Part shown: positions 1 to 10,423 of the stretch, piece by piece
How positions within the stretch are numbered: position 1 is the first letter of the stretch
Layout: every line of letters begins with the position of its first letter
Source: an uncultured Staphylococcaceae bacterium
Lineage (GTDB): Bacteria > Bacillota_I > Bacilli_A > ML615J-28 > CAG-313
Length of the DNA: 64,000 nucleotides
Assembly: GCA_964384805.1 (NCBI GenBank)
Contig: CAYLLO010000003.1
Span: 554-64,553 of the forward strand
Reading direction: 5' to 3'
The notes under the pieces: model-generated
Seen by the model: the letters and a program-made list of their open reading frames with translations, nothing else
What the model was told of the DNA's origin: nothing
Database searches by the model: none
Position numbers and translations under genes: made by a program

Positions 1-60
1 TTGTCTAAATGCTAAACGACCTATACGTCCAAATCCATTAATTGCAATTTTTACTGACAT
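1..60 (-). CDS. gap: Glyceraldehyde-3-phosphate dehydrogenase, N-terminal 20 codons only (gene continues beyond window start)
   Basis: Minus-strand translation from ATG at 60: MSVKIAINGFGRIGRLAFRQ. This is the GAPDH NAD-binding N-terminal signature (INGFGRIGR). A GGAGG RBS lies 8 nt upstream at 66-76. Confidence 0.7.
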   Translation of the reverse strand, partial: MSVKIAINGFGRIGRLAFRQ

Positions 61-140
61 TTTTAATTTCCTCCTATTGAAATTTTACGGGTGTATTATA
101 CCATATTTTTCTTTTTTAAACAACAAAAATGTCCTATAAT

Positions 141-911
141 TTATGAATCTCTAGTTTTTGACAATATTATTAACAATAAACGAACAACTTCATAAAAAAG
201 CCATATTATATTTAAAACAATTCCAAATGCAGCGTACCATTCATAATTTTTATCTAAACCTGTTTGTACGATTTCATTGGCATTATCTAAACTAATAACT
301 GTATAAATAGACGAAATAATTACCATTATAATTGAAATCCCTAATGATAAGTTATTATTACCAAAAAACATCAAATAGATATCAGGCAAGAAAATGGAAA
401 TAATACCGAAAACTAAGGTACATATAACAATTCCTAATAAAATAACATACATGATTTTTTTGAATTTTCCATTTACTTTAAATAGACCACTTGTATAAAG
501 AATTGCTCCTCCTAAGAATATTGCAACCGTAATCAATAAAGCAAGTCCTAAAATTGCTCCTGCTTCAGATACTCCTAAAAAATAGAATAAAAGTGCCGCT
601 AAACCACTAATTCCCAGTCCTTCAGCTATCGCATATGGTATCGCAAGTATTTTGGCAGTTTTTGGACTAAAAGACATAACTAAACTAAGGATAAAAACAA
701 TAATAGGTGAAATAGTATATCCAATTAATACTATATTTTCTGTTACATTATTAACTCTAATAAAAGACATACCAATTAATCCTGTAATCAAAGTAATTAC
801 TAATAATAAAATTGTTTTCAACCCCACACCTTTCATATTAGCGGTATTATTACTTTCATATGGTAAATCAACTGCTCGATTAAAAACATAATTATTTCCA
901 AACTTTGTCAT
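141..911 (-). CDS. Polytopic membrane protein, function unknown
   Basis: 256 aa ORF. Multiple hydrophobic helices throughout, no recognisable catalytic motif. Confidence 0.45.
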   Translation of the reverse strand: MTKFGNNYVFNRAVDLPYESNNTANMKGVGLKTILLLVITLITGLIGMSFIRVNNVTENIVLIGYTISPIIVFILSLVMSFSPKTAKILAIPYAIAEGLGISGLAALLFYFLGVSEAGAILGLALLITVAIFLGGAILYTSGLFKVNGKFKKIMYVILLGIVICTLVFGIISIFLPDIYLMFFGNNNLSLGISIIMVIISSIYTVISLDNANEIVQTGLDKNYEWYAAFGIVLNIIWLFYEVVRLLLIILSKTRDS

Positions 912-959
912 ATAATTCCTCCTATATAATATTATGATTATTTTATGGTAAAATATGTA

Positions 960-3900
960 TTATAACAAAACGCTTGTGTCATCATCTAATGAATCTAATG
1001 CCCCAATAGATTTTAATTTATCAAATGTAGTTTTATTTAATTTAGTACGTTTTTGAACATCTTTTTTCGATGTAAAAGGATATTCATTTCTAGCATCTAC
1101 TACCGATTGAGCAGCAGCTTCACCTAAAGCACTAACAGCTGTAAATGGTAAGTATAAAGACTTTTTATCATCTGACAAAATAAAATTTTTAACTTCCGAT
1201 TTATTAATATCAACTTGTTTAAAAGAGTACCCTCGTAAACACATTTCTAATGCAATTGCAAGTTCATCAACTAAATCAAGTTCGCGTTTTTCAGCAGTTT
1301 TAGCTTCCTTTTTGACATTAATTTCATTAATTTTATTTCTAATCGCATTTTTCCCTGCTGAAAATACATCAACATCGAAAGCACAAGCTCGACATGAAAA
1401 ATAAGCAGCATAATAATAAATTGGTCGATGGACTTTAAACCATCCAATACGTAAAGCCATAATAACATACGCCGTAGCATGTGCTTTAGGAAACATATAT
1501 TGAATTTTAAGACATGATTTAATATACCAATCAGGTACATTATGTTCACGCATTAATTGAATTTGTTCTTCTGACGGTTGTCTATCTTTTTTACGAACTG
1601 CTTCCATAATTTTGAAGGCATCAGAAGGTTCCAATCCTTTATACATTAAATAAGTCATAATATCATCACGACATCCAATAACATCTGAAAACGGAATTGG
1701 TTCATTAACAAAGTTACGTCCAAGTACTAAGTCTTGAGCATTACCAAGCCATACATCAGTCCCATGTGATAATCCAGATACTTTAACTATTTCATCAAAA
1801 TTTTTAGGTTTAGTATCTTTTAATAATTCTCGAACAAAGTTGGTTCCAAATTCTGGAACTCCGATAGTGCCACTTGGTAAATGATCTCCATCTTCTCCGT
1901 TCAAATGTAAAGCCTCTTTTGATTGAAACAATGATATTACATCTTTATCAGAAAGTGGAATATCTTCTACTTTAGAAAAAGGAAATTCATCAGGATATTT
2001 TTCGACAAAATCCATAAGATGACGAATCATCGTAGGATCATCATGACCCAAAATATCTAGTTTTAGCAAATTAGATTCAAAACGATGATAATCATAATGT
2101 GAAGTACGCCATGTAGAATCTACTGAATCAGCTGGATATTGTACAGGTATTAAATCAGTATATTCCATAGTATCAGGCACAACAACAATTCCTCCGGGAT
2201 GTTGTCCAGTAGTTCTTTTTGCTCCTTCTAATCCTGCCGCAATACGCTTAATTTCAGCTTCCCTTAAAACTTTACCTTTATCTTCCAGATATCCTTTTAC
2301 ATAACCATAAGCAGTTTTAGCTGCAACAGTTCCTATCGTTCCTGCTCTAAAAGAATGATCTATCCCAAAAACTTCTCGGCAAAACAAATGTGCTCGTTCT
2401 TGATAATCTCCAGAAAAGTTTAAATCAATATCAGGAACTTTATCACCTTTAAATCCTAAAAATGTTTCAAATGGAATATCTACTCCATCATGATTTAACG
2501 AAGTACCACAAACTGGACAAGCACAATCTTCTAGGTCGATTCCAATCATAACATTATTTACCTTTTCAATAATATGTTTAGGTGCATCAATATTTTCTAA
2601 TCCTTTAAAAGCCGAAAAATGACAATTTGGACACACATAGTGTGGTTTTAATGGATTAACTTCCGTAATTCCCATCATAGTCGCAACAAAACTACTTCCT
2701 ACTGATCCCCTACTACCAACAATATACCCATTATCATATGAATTTTTAACTAGCATATGCGAAATATAATAAACGCTCGAAAAACCATTACCAATAATAC
2801 TATTTAATTCTTGTTCAAGTCTTCCAACAACATATGAATTTAAATTTTCTCCATAAATTTCTTTCGCACGTTTATATGAGATATCACGTACTGCTCCTGC
2901 CATCGATGGTACTCCATATTTAGACATAAAGTCATCTCTTGGAGTAAATAATTTATCAGGAAATAAATCAAATTCTTCAATCATATCAGCAATTTTATTA
3001 GTATTTTCTACAACTATTTCGTATACTTTATTAGTAGGTAAAAAACTAAACGATGTAAGCATTTCAAGAGTTGTTCTAAAATACATAGGAGGGGCTTTAG
3101 TTGCCTTAGCTAAATCATGTAAACCTCCAATACCAGGACGAGCAACAGACATATAAATTTCTCGATATTTTCCATCTTCTGCTTCTAATTGATGAACATC
3201 TCCAGTAGCAACAACTGGAATTCCTGCTTCATCTGCAGCAGCAATTATTGACATAATTGCTTCCTTTATATGTTCTCTAGCAATTTCTTCACCTGCAGAT
3301 TCAACTAAATGTTCATAACAATCTAATGGCTGAACCTCTACATAATCATAGAATTTAATTGCTTTTTGTAAATCTTCATAAGATTTTTCATAAGCAATTT
3401 TAAAAATTTCTCCATTATAACATCCACTACCAACTAATAATCCTTCACGATACTTACTAAGAACAGATTTTAAAATCCGTGCTTCTTTATAAAAATGAGT
3501 AGTATGACTATCTGAAATAATCTTGTAAAAATTTTTAAGTCCTTCACGATTCTTAACTAAAATATTAATATGATAAGGTATTATATATTTAAATGCTTCA
3601 TTAGAATCAGTAATAGAATTAATATCTTTATAATTGTAAATACATCTTTCATTTAAATCGCCCAACATTTTTAAAAATACATTGGCAGTAGAGTGAGCAT
3701 CATACAATGCTCTATGTTGCTGTTCTAAATCAACTTTTAATCCTTTAGCAACATCTTTTAAATTAAAACGTTTTAAAATATGACTATACATTGCTTTAGC
3801 CATTTGTAAAGTATCAATACATGGATAATCATGTCTATATAAACCAAATTTTTTTAGTTGATAATACAAATGTCCTATATCAAATAATGCATTATGAGCA

Positions 3901-5438
3901 ACTAAAATTGAACCTTCGATAAATTCAACAAATTTCGGTAATACTTCTTCAATAGTTGGAGCATTAGCCAAATCATCATTGGTAATTTCGGTAACATTCG
4001 TAATTACTTGTGATATTCTTCTAGAAGGACATACAAAAGTTGAAAATTCATCAATTTTTATTCCATTTTTAATTTTTACTGCTCCAATTTCAATAATTTC
4101 ATTAAATCTAACACTAAATCCACTTGTTTCAAAATCAAATACCACAAACGTTGCATCTTTTAATAGGATATCATCATCTGTTAAGTTAATTAAATAAGCA
4201 TCATCATTAATAAAATATCCCTCAACACCAGCAATTGGTTTAATATATTTTTCAGGATTTTTTTTCTTTAATTTAGCACAATAACTAAATAATTCTGGTA
4301 AAACATGACAATTGGCATGGTCAGTAACAGCTACCGCGCGATGGCCAAATTTCAATGCAGTATCAACATATTTTTCGACATCCATCACACTATCTAATAC
4401 AGACATTTTCGTATGAGCATGAAGTTCTACTCGTTTTACTTTAGCCTCATCACTACGACTTTTTTTATCATCTTCCCCAATTGTTTTAATCGATAAACAC
4501 ATAATGACTACATCACGAGCATAATTATCGTATTGTACAGAACCCGTTATTGCAAGTTTTAACCCTTTTTTTATTTCATTTTTAAAAAACTTCACATTGC
4601 GGTCGTTTAAAAATTGTTTTATCATAATGGAATCTTCATAATCAGTAATGATTCCTTCAAAAAGTTCATATCTGCCTGCTTTACGAATTTCATAACTAAC
4701 TAAAACGCCCTCAACTTCTACTTTATCAGTTCCATTGATTTGCCGGAATTCCATTACTTGCATACTAGTAATCGGAATTTCTTTAATTGCTTTTTTTAAA
4801 GCATTATTACTTTTACGTTCTTTAGTTATTTTGCTATTAAACTGTAAATTGGTAAGTTCACGTTTTTTTTCTTCAAACGCTTTAGTATCAGCAAGTTCTT
4901 GCCGAATTGACATTTCTCTTTTTTTATCAGCAATCGCATCTATTTCAAAATTTGAAACATGAGGTTCAATTATTAATTCAAAACCAAAATTTTTAATTAC
5001 TTCTTTTACTTTTTGAATAGCTATAGCTGCAACATTACAATCATCTAACGAACCTACATAAACATTAACACGATCGTCTAAAACTTCAATAGTGTAATAT
5101 TTTAAAACACTTATAGAACGATCTTTATTAATATTAGTATCAATTACATAATTAAAATATTCTTTAATAAGTTTTTCATTTAAAGATAAATTTCGATAAC
5201 GAAAATAGAATTGGACATCAACAATTTCTTTTGATGCCATAATAAAGGCGCGTATCTTATGAATCAATTCTAAAATGATATTCAAAGGAAGTACATTATC
5301 AAATATTAAATGAATTTTCCAAATTGTACTATTATTCGTTAAAATAACTTTTTCAATCTCTCCATTAAGTAACATTTCATGGCGTTCTACACCAGAATAA
5401 TCAATTAATTCTAAAAACTTATGATTGTGTTCTAGCAT
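960..5438 (-). CDS. polC: DNA polymerase III alpha subunit, PolC type (with 3'-5' exonuclease)
   Basis: 1492 aa. Exonuclease motif FVVFDFETSGFS, PHP domain, polymerase core. Length and architecture are typical of Gram-positive PolC. Confidence 0.95.
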   Translation of the reverse strand: MLEHNHKFLELIDYSGVERHEMLLNGEIEKVILTNNSTIWKIHLIFDNVLPLNIILELIHKIRAFIMASKEIVDVQFYFRYRNLSLNEKLIKEYFNYVIDTNINKDRSISVLKYYTIEVLDDRVNVYVGSLDDCNVAAIAIQKVKEVIKNFGFELIIEPHVSNFEIDAIADKKREMSIRQELADTKAFEEKKRELTNLQFNSKITKERKSNNALKKAIKEIPITSMQVMEFRQINGTDKVEVEGVLVSYEIRKAGRYELFEGIITDYEDSIMIKQFLNDRNVKFFKNEIKKGLKLAITGSVQYDNYARDVVIMCLSIKTIGEDDKKSRSDEAKVKRVELHAHTKMSVLDSVMDVEKYVDTALKFGHRAVAVTDHANCHVLPELFSYCAKLKKKNPEKYIKPIAGVEGYFINDDAYLINLTDDDILLKDATFVVFDFETSGFSVRFNEIIEIGAVKIKNGIKIDEFSTFVCPSRRISQVITNVTEITNDDLANAPTIEEVLPKFVEFIEGSILVAHNALFDIGHLYYQLKKFGLYRHDYPCIDTLQMAKAMYSHILKRFNLKDVAKGLKVDLEQQHRALYDAHSTANVFLKMLGDLNERCIYNYKDINSITDSNEAFKYIIPYHINILVKNREGLKNFYKIISDSHTTHFYKEARILKSVLSKYREGLLVGSGCYNGEIFKIAYEKSYEDLQKAIKFYDYVEVQPLDCYEHLVESAGEEIAREHIKEAIMSIIAAADEAGIPVVATGDVHQLEAEDGKYREIYMSVARPGIGGLHDLAKATKAPPMYFRTTLEMLTSFSFLPTNKVYEIVVENTNKIADMIEEFDLFPDKLFTPRDDFMSKYGVPSMAGAVRDISYKRAKEIYGENLNSYVVGRLEQELNSIIGNGFSSVYYISHMLVKNSYDNGYIVGSRGSVGSSFVATMMGITEVNPLKPHYVCPNCHFSAFKGLENIDAPKHIIEKVNNVMIGIDLEDCACPVCGTSLNHDGVDIPFETFLGFKGDKVPDIDLNFSGDYQERAHLFCREVFGIDHSFRAGTIGTVAAKTAYGYVKGYLEDKGKVLREAEIKRIAAGLEGAKRTTGQHPGGIVVVPDTMEYTDLIPVQYPADSVDSTWRTSHYDYHRFESNLLKLDILGHDDPTMIRHLMDFVEKYPDEFPFSKVEDIPLSDKDVISLFQSKEALHLNGEDGDHLPSGTIGVPEFGTNFVRELLKDTKPKNFDEIVKVSGLSHGTDVWLGNAQDLVLGRNFVNEPIPFSDVIGCRDDIMTYLMYKGLEPSDAFKIMEAVRKKDRQPSEEQIQLMREHNVPDWYIKSCLKIQYMFPKAHATAYVIMALRIGWFKVHRPIYYYAAYFSCRACAFDVDVFSAGKNAIRNKINEINVKKEAKTAEKRELDLVDELAIALEMCLRGYSFKQVDINKSEVKNFILSDDKKSLYLPFTAVSALGEAAAQSVVDARNEYPFTSKKDVQKRTKLNKTTFDKLKSIGALDSLDDDTSVLL

Positions 5439-5567
5439 TGGATTCCTCCTAATTTAAATTATTTAATACATTATTGTTTAATTATAGCACATTTTATCTT
5501 TTTTGTAGAAAATACAAAAATTTTATTTTAATACAAGAACCAACATTTTGTCAATTTACAGGTAAGT

Positions 5568-7217
5568 TTATTCAATTATATAAGAAACCATTCGCCAAAC
5601 ACGTTCAATTGTTTCTTCTAAATATTCTACATATACTTCTTTGACATTTGGATCGTTACAAATAAAAATTGTTTGACCATTTTTTTCATAATATCCTTGA
5701 CATACTAATAAGTGTCCATTAGTAGTATAACTATTATCAGTATTATATGCATCCATTTTCCCTTTAACACTTAAAGCAACAGGTCCTACTTTTGCAAGAT
5801 GCATTTTTAATTCATCTATTGAATACATTCTCATAACATATGCTTTTTCTCCATATGCCGTCATAATAACTGTACAATATACCCAATTACCAAAAATTTC
5901 ATTTCCATAATCTTTAGCCAAATTCGCAATATAACGATTTTCATATTCATCATATTCTATGAATGAGTGTCCCTTATATTTTAATAACATCGTCGATGAT
6001 GTTGGGCTACAAATACTATTACCAATTACAGGTACCACATTTTGATTTAATTTTGGAACAATATATTCCACACGTTCAGGCAAACTGCTAACATTAACTT
6101 TGTATTCATAATCATCATATTCAATTGCTAAAGCAACAAATGACAATTTAGCAGATTCTGAATAAATATTATCACGTCGTAATGTTACACGATACTGAAT
6201 TGCTTCTGCTGTTTTACCACCTTGGACAATGATTTCATCAGTACTTATTTTAGCAATTCCATCATTTGTATTAGTTGTCATAGGTTTGTTTTGTAATCCT
6301 AATCCCCAAGCTCCATAACTAAAATATCTACTCCACTTACCATTTACACGTATACGAACTTCTATTTCCACTGTTGCGGTTTCAGAACTTAATGCCCCCC
6401 AAGAAGCAACAACAGACTTCATAGGTTGAACTTCAAAAATATTTGAAAAATATGTTCCATTCAAGGCCTCATCATCTAAAACTAATTTATCTTCTTCAAT
6501 ATGACAATTAGACATAAATGCTAAATTGTAAGTTTTTACTTCATCTAAAACTAAATGATGTTTAATTTCTACTTTTTTTGGTTCTACTTGAGCATTTACT
6601 TCATAATTTTTTTCCATTTTTATACTTCCTAATTCTAATGTAACAGTTAAAGTTACAATTGTATTTTCAGCTGGCGAATTATATGCACCAGTATTTGAAA
6701 TAATATCCGGATGACTAGATATCCATGTTGCTTTCATTTCTTTATCATTAAAGTTTGTTAATAAATCTATATTTTCTGATATTTCTTCAGGTATTACAAT
6801 TTCTTTTAACGACTCTGAAAAACGTTTTTCAGGAGACATACCAGAAACAATTACGTTAAATTTTTTAATATATACTTCTTCTTTATAAGTAAAAGTTGCA
6901 GTCAACGTGACATTTTCATCACAATATCCTTGTTTTACTATACCAAAATTTGAAATACTTGTGGTTTTATCACTTTTCCAAGTAATGTTTATTTCTTCAT
7001 TTTGATATTCTAGAAGTCTAATAAAACTATAATTTTCGGTAAAAATTGTAGGAATTTCTACCATATCAGCTGCCGCCATTAAAAAATCTAAATCAGTTTG
7101 TGGATCAGGGGATACGTTATTAAAATTATCGTTAGAATTATCTTTTGCACAACTAACTAAAATAAACACTAAACTGATTATTATAAAATATTTAAGAGCA
7201 GTTATAATCTTATTCAT
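5568..7217 (-). CDS. Lipoprotein with C-terminal Peptidase_C39_2 (YvpB-like) putative cysteine peptidase domain
   Basis: Signal peptide with lipobox (LVSC). The C-terminal GNSICSPTSSTMLLKYKG...NGHLLVCQGY matches the YvpB-type C39-like pattern (G..C..TS..ML..Y.G plus downstream His). Confidence 0.5.
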   Translation of the reverse strand: MNKIITALKYFIIISLVFILVSCAKDNSNDNFNNVSPDPQTDLDFLMAAADMVEIPTIFTENYSFIRLLEYQNEEINITWKSDKTTSISNFGIVKQGYCDENVTLTATFTYKEEVYIKKFNVIVSGMSPEKRFSESLKEIVIPEEISENIDLLTNFNDKEMKATWISSHPDIISNTGAYNSPAENTIVTLTVTLELGSIKMEKNYEVNAQVEPKKVEIKHHLVLDEVKTYNLAFMSNCHIEEDKLVLDDEALNGTYFSNIFEVQPMKSVVASWGALSSETATVEIEVRIRVNGKWSRYFSYGAWGLGLQNKPMTTNTNDGIAKISTDEIIVQGGKTAEAIQYRVTLRRDNIYSESAKLSFVALAIEYDDYEYKVNVSSLPERVEYIVPKLNQNVVPVIGNSICSPTSSTMLLKYKGHSFIEYDEYENRYIANLAKDYGNEIFGNWVYCTVIMTAYGEKAYVMRMYSIDELKMHLAKVGPVALSVKGKMDAYNTDNSYTTNGHLLVCQGYYEKNGQTIFICNDPNVKEVYVEYLEETIERVWRMVSYIIE

Positions 7218-7262
7218 AACATATATCCTTTGCTATTTATTTTATTTTTATTTTCTTTTGTC

Positions 7263-7291
7263 TTGACTATTTTTTAAAAATAAGGTACAAT
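7263..7291 (+). promoter_or_regulatory. Sigma-A type promoter for tRNA-Cys (TTGACT-17-TACAAT)
   Basis: TTGACT at 7263-7268, 17-nt spacer, TACAAT at 7286-7291, about 20 nt upstream of the tRNA 5' end. Confidence 0.6.
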
Positions 7292-7310
7292 AATATAGCA
7301 GTTTAAATAT

Positions 7311-7384
7311 GGCTCTGTAGCCAAGCGGTAAGGCGTGGGTCTGCAACACCCTGAGCACCGGTTCAAATCCGGTCGGAGCCTCCA
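7311..7384 (+). tRNA. tRNA-Cys (anticodon GCA)
   Basis: Cloverleaf read by hand. Acceptor GGCTCTG/CGGAGCC, anticodon loop CTGCAAC (GCA), T-arm ACCGG-TTCAAAT-CCGGT, encoded CCA end. Confidence 0.85.
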
Positions 7385-7393
7385 TATTGTTTG

Positions 7394-7429
7394 TAAAGTT
7401 GATTATTTAAAATCAACTTTTTTATTTTT
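7394..7429 (+). terminator. Rho-independent terminator after tRNA-Cys (overlaps rluA stop)
   Basis: Hairpin AAAGTTGATT / AATCAACTTT followed by a T-run (7418-7429). Confidence 0.6.
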
Positions 7430-8323
7430 CCAAACTTTTTTCATATCCATAGGCATTGGACATTTTACACAAACATGCTGTTTAGTTATTGGGTGAATAA
7501 ATTCAACTTCAGATGAATGTAACAAAACCCGATCTGCTTCTATTTTAGAACCATATAATCTATCACCTAATAATGGATGTTTTAGATAAGACATATGAAT
7601 CCTTATTTGATGAGTTCGTCCTGTTGCTAACTTTAATTCAATTAATGATAAATTATTTTTACTTTCAAGCACCTCATAATTGGTTAAGGCATTTTTCCCA
7701 TTTTTGGCAACAATCATTTTACTATTAATATGTCGATCTTTACCGATTGATAAATCAATCTTGCCTTTTTTATTAGAAAAAACTCCTTCAACAATTGCTA
7801 TATACTTTCTAATAAAAGTTCCATTTTCAATCATTTTAGATAGAGCTGCATGTGTAACTATGTCCTTTGCATAAACTAAGCATCCTGTTGTATCAAAATC
7901 CAAACGATGAACATGTCTAACTTTATAAAATAAATCATTTTTTAAATAATAATAACTTACATAATTAGCCATTGTATTATTTTTTTTAATATCATCGGGA
8001 TAAATTATACATTTGGAATATTTATTGACAATTAGAAGGTATTCATCTTCGTATAAAATATTCAAATTACTTTCTTCAGGCATTATATTGTTATGATCAA
8101 AATAACTTGTATCAATACAAATAATATCACTTTCACTTATTTTGTCATTAATTGATGCTACTTGTCCATTAATAAAACAACATTGATTACTAAATAAGTA
8201 TTTTATTTTATCATTTGATAAATAAAAACAACTTAAAAAATCACCAAATAAATATTGCTCATATTCTTTTATAACTTTTACTACAAAATACGACATATTT
8301 AACCTCCAAAAGAAACGTATCAT
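7403..8323 (-). CDS. RluA-family 23S rRNA/tRNA pseudouridine synthase
   Basis: Catalytic motif HRLDFDTTGCLVYAK and GRTHQIRIHMSY (RluA family). Confidence 0.85.
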   Translation of the reverse strand: MIRFFWRLNMSYFVVKVIKEYEQYLFGDFLSCFYLSNDKIKYLFSNQCCFINGQVASINDKISESDIICIDTSYFDHNNIMPEESNLNILYEDEYLLIVNKYSKCIIYPDDIKKNNTMANYVSYYYLKNDLFYKVRHVHRLDFDTTGCLVYAKDIVTHAALSKMIENGTFIRKYIAIVEGVFSNKKGKIDLSIGKDRHINSKMIVAKNGKNALTNYEVLESKNNLSLIELKLATGRTHQIRIHMSYLKHPLLGDRLYGSKIEADRVLLHSSEVEFIHPITKQHVCVKCPMPMDMKKVWKNKKVDFK

Positions 8324-8338
8324 TTTGATACGTTCTTT

Positions 8339-8950
8339 TTATTTTTTAAGTTCTTCTGCGCTCATAAAATTAACTACAACAGTATCATAGTTATCAAAAC
8401 TTAATAAAGTCATTAAAATTATTTCATTAGCTTTTTCAACACTATCTTCTTCGCTTACTACTAATACTTCTATTCCTGTGTTAGTTGCGTGAACTAAGGC
8501 ATCTTGATATCCACTATTAATTACTTGCAATTCTAATAAAACTTCTTTTTCTGTTAGTGCCGAAATCGCTTCTTTTTCTTGTAATGCTGCTTCTTTAGAG
8601 GCTATTGTTGCTTCTTCATCCGCAAGAATGGCATCTAAAGAAACAACAGCTAAACTGCGTTCATTACGAATAGCCTCACGCATTAAAGTAAGTTCTTCTA
8701 AACGACCTTTTTCCTCATCAGTAATAACCGGGGTTGTATCTTCATTTTTTTTATCAGCGGCCACTGGAGATTTTATATACCACACCGCAAGCATTGTCAC
8801 AATCGTTAAAAATATTAAAGCAAATTGGTTTTTCTTTATCATATAATACTCCTCCATATCTAATTCAATTAAGTATATGAAGATAGTATTTAAAGTATTA
8901 CTCCATTTGAGCAGTCTTTGATACTTTTTCTTGAATTGGTGTAGTTTCAA
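8339..8950 (-). CDS. Membrane-anchored coiled-coil protein, function unknown
   Basis: Single N-terminal TM (ALIFLTIVTMLAVWYI), then a charged Ala/Glu-rich predicted helical region. Overlaps the upstream ORF by 53 nt in another frame. Confidence 0.4.
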   Translation of the reverse strand: MKLHQFKKKYQRLLKWSNTLNTIFIYLIELDMEEYYMIKKNQFALIFLTIVTMLAVWYIKSPVAADKKNEDTTPVITDEEKGRLEELTLMREAIRNERSLAVVSLDAILADEEATIASKEAALQEKEAISALTEKEVLLELQVINSGYQDALVHATNTGIEVLVVSEEDSVEKANEIILMTLLSFDNYDTVVVNFMSAEELKK

Positions 8951-10385
8951 CCTTTAAATCAATCACTTGCTCATTTTTATTAGACGGAGAAAGTGGTTGA
9001 TTTTTTTGATTAGTTGTTTTTTTATTCGAATTATTAATTTTATAGATAACAAAAATATAAAATGCTACTTGAATAAACATTGCATATTGTGCAATAAAAC
9101 AATATGGTTGGAATAATAAAGTAAAAATAGATACTAAAATAGTTGGAACAATAAAAGCAATTGAACAAATAGCATAATATTCTTTAAATCTTGTAAGTTC
9201 CCCATATTTTTTAGACATAACCCAAGTCGCAAATGTCCATAAAATAGGCATTAATAAGATAAAGATAATAGCGTAGAAAAAATTATAATATTGTAATTGA
9301 CTACCACCACTATTTACCATTAAATCACCAATAGCTTCAACCATCAATTTAGGGTCAATATGTGATACTCCATCTCCAAGATTTCCCAGATTAATTCCTA
9401 ATTTTTCTGCTTGATATAAAGAAAAAACCCCAACCCTTGTTGAATTATCAGAAACAAATACTTCATGTAAATTTTTATTAATTCGTGTTTGGGCTGAATA
9501 CTCTACACCATCTACAAAGACTTTTTCATCTTTAGATGAGGCAAACTTTGTCCACTTAGTAATATCAATATCACCATATGCATTTAATGAAATTTCATCT
9601 TTTCCATTCGGTAAATAATATGCTATTTCTTCTGTATCATATGAAGTATAGGTAACACCATCTATTTCTACTTTTTGACCACGCACTGCTGATTCAGTCC
9701 ATTTTGAATAATCTAAACTTTTATTATCTGCATCTGTATAAAAAATCTCAGTTTCATCTTTTGGCAAAACATATCTAGTTTCCATAATGTTCCATCCTGT
9801 TGATTCTAAATACTTAGTAAAAGTTCCAGATTCATCTTTAACAAGATCCATTCCGTGATTAAAAATATAATAAACTAATTCATTATTGATAACAAATAAC
9901 ATATCTTCTTCTAACAATTCATCATTTTCATCGCGAGCAGGTTGATGATTATAATATCCATTAATGTCAAAATTTAAAAAACGATCATCATGAGATGTTT
10001 CTTCATTATCATTAATATAAACATATGGTTCATATACCAATGTTAAGTTTAAAGTTTTACCATTATCTAAAGAATATGATATTTCATAAACATTATCTTC
10101 TTTCTCACCAGTTATAAAGTTATTGATACCGTCTGTGGTCTCATCAATAGTAAAACGTGGTAACTCTATTGCCTCACTATTAGGTAAATCATAAATTTCT
10201 TCAAACAATCTAAACGACTCTTTATTGTTTTTTACGTACTGATCTAACGTTAAATTAGAAGATCCTACACATAATAAAGTACAACCTAAAAATATTAATA
10301 CAATCATAAAAAAATTAATATTTCGATAACGTATCATTTTTTTAGGTAATACAAAAGATAAAATAAAATCTAAAAATTTTTTCAT
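8898..10385 (-). CDS. Membrane protein, function unknown (N-terminal anchor, large extracytoplasmic domain, C-terminal multi-TM bundle)
   Basis: 495 aa. TM near the N-terminus, about 330 aa hydrophilic Asp/Asn/Tyr-rich region, then 3-4 C-terminal TM helices. No known motif recognised. Confidence 0.45.
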   Translation of the reverse strand: MKKFLDFILSFVLPKKMIRYRNINFFMIVLIFLGCTLLCVGSSNLTLDQYVKNNKESFRLFEEIYDLPNSEAIELPRFTIDETTDGINNFITGEKEDNVYEISYSLDNGKTLNLTLVYEPYVYINDNEETSHDDRFLNFDINGYYNHQPARDENDELLEEDMLFVINNELVYYIFNHGMDLVKDESGTFTKYLESTGWNIMETRYVLPKDETEIFYTDADNKSLDYSKWTESAVRGQKVEIDGVTYTSYDTEEIAYYLPNGKDEISLNAYGDIDITKWTKFASSKDEKVFVDGVEYSAQTRINKNLHEVFVSDNSTRVGVFSLYQAEKLGINLGNLGDGVSHIDPKLMVEAIGDLMVNSGGSQLQYYNFFYAIIFILLMPILWTFATWVMSKKYGELTRFKEYYAICSIAFIVPTILVSIFTLLFQPYCFIAQYAMFIQVAFYIFVIYKINNSNKKTTNQKNQPLSPSNKNEQVIDLKVETTPIQEKVSKTAQME

Positions 10386-10423
10386 TTTTCCTCCATTATA
10401 AATTCATAAATTTACTTATCTAT

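Noticed and set aside
652-891. Numerous short antisense ORFs embedded in large genes (e.g. 652..891, 1271..1549, 3979..4197, 4735..4962, 13097..13318, 24445..24987, 45969..46202, 51291..51997, 57763..57975)
   Set aside because: Each lies entirely within a well-supported gene on the opposite strand. They have low-complexity or hydrophobic junk composition typical of shadow ORFs in AT-rich DNA.
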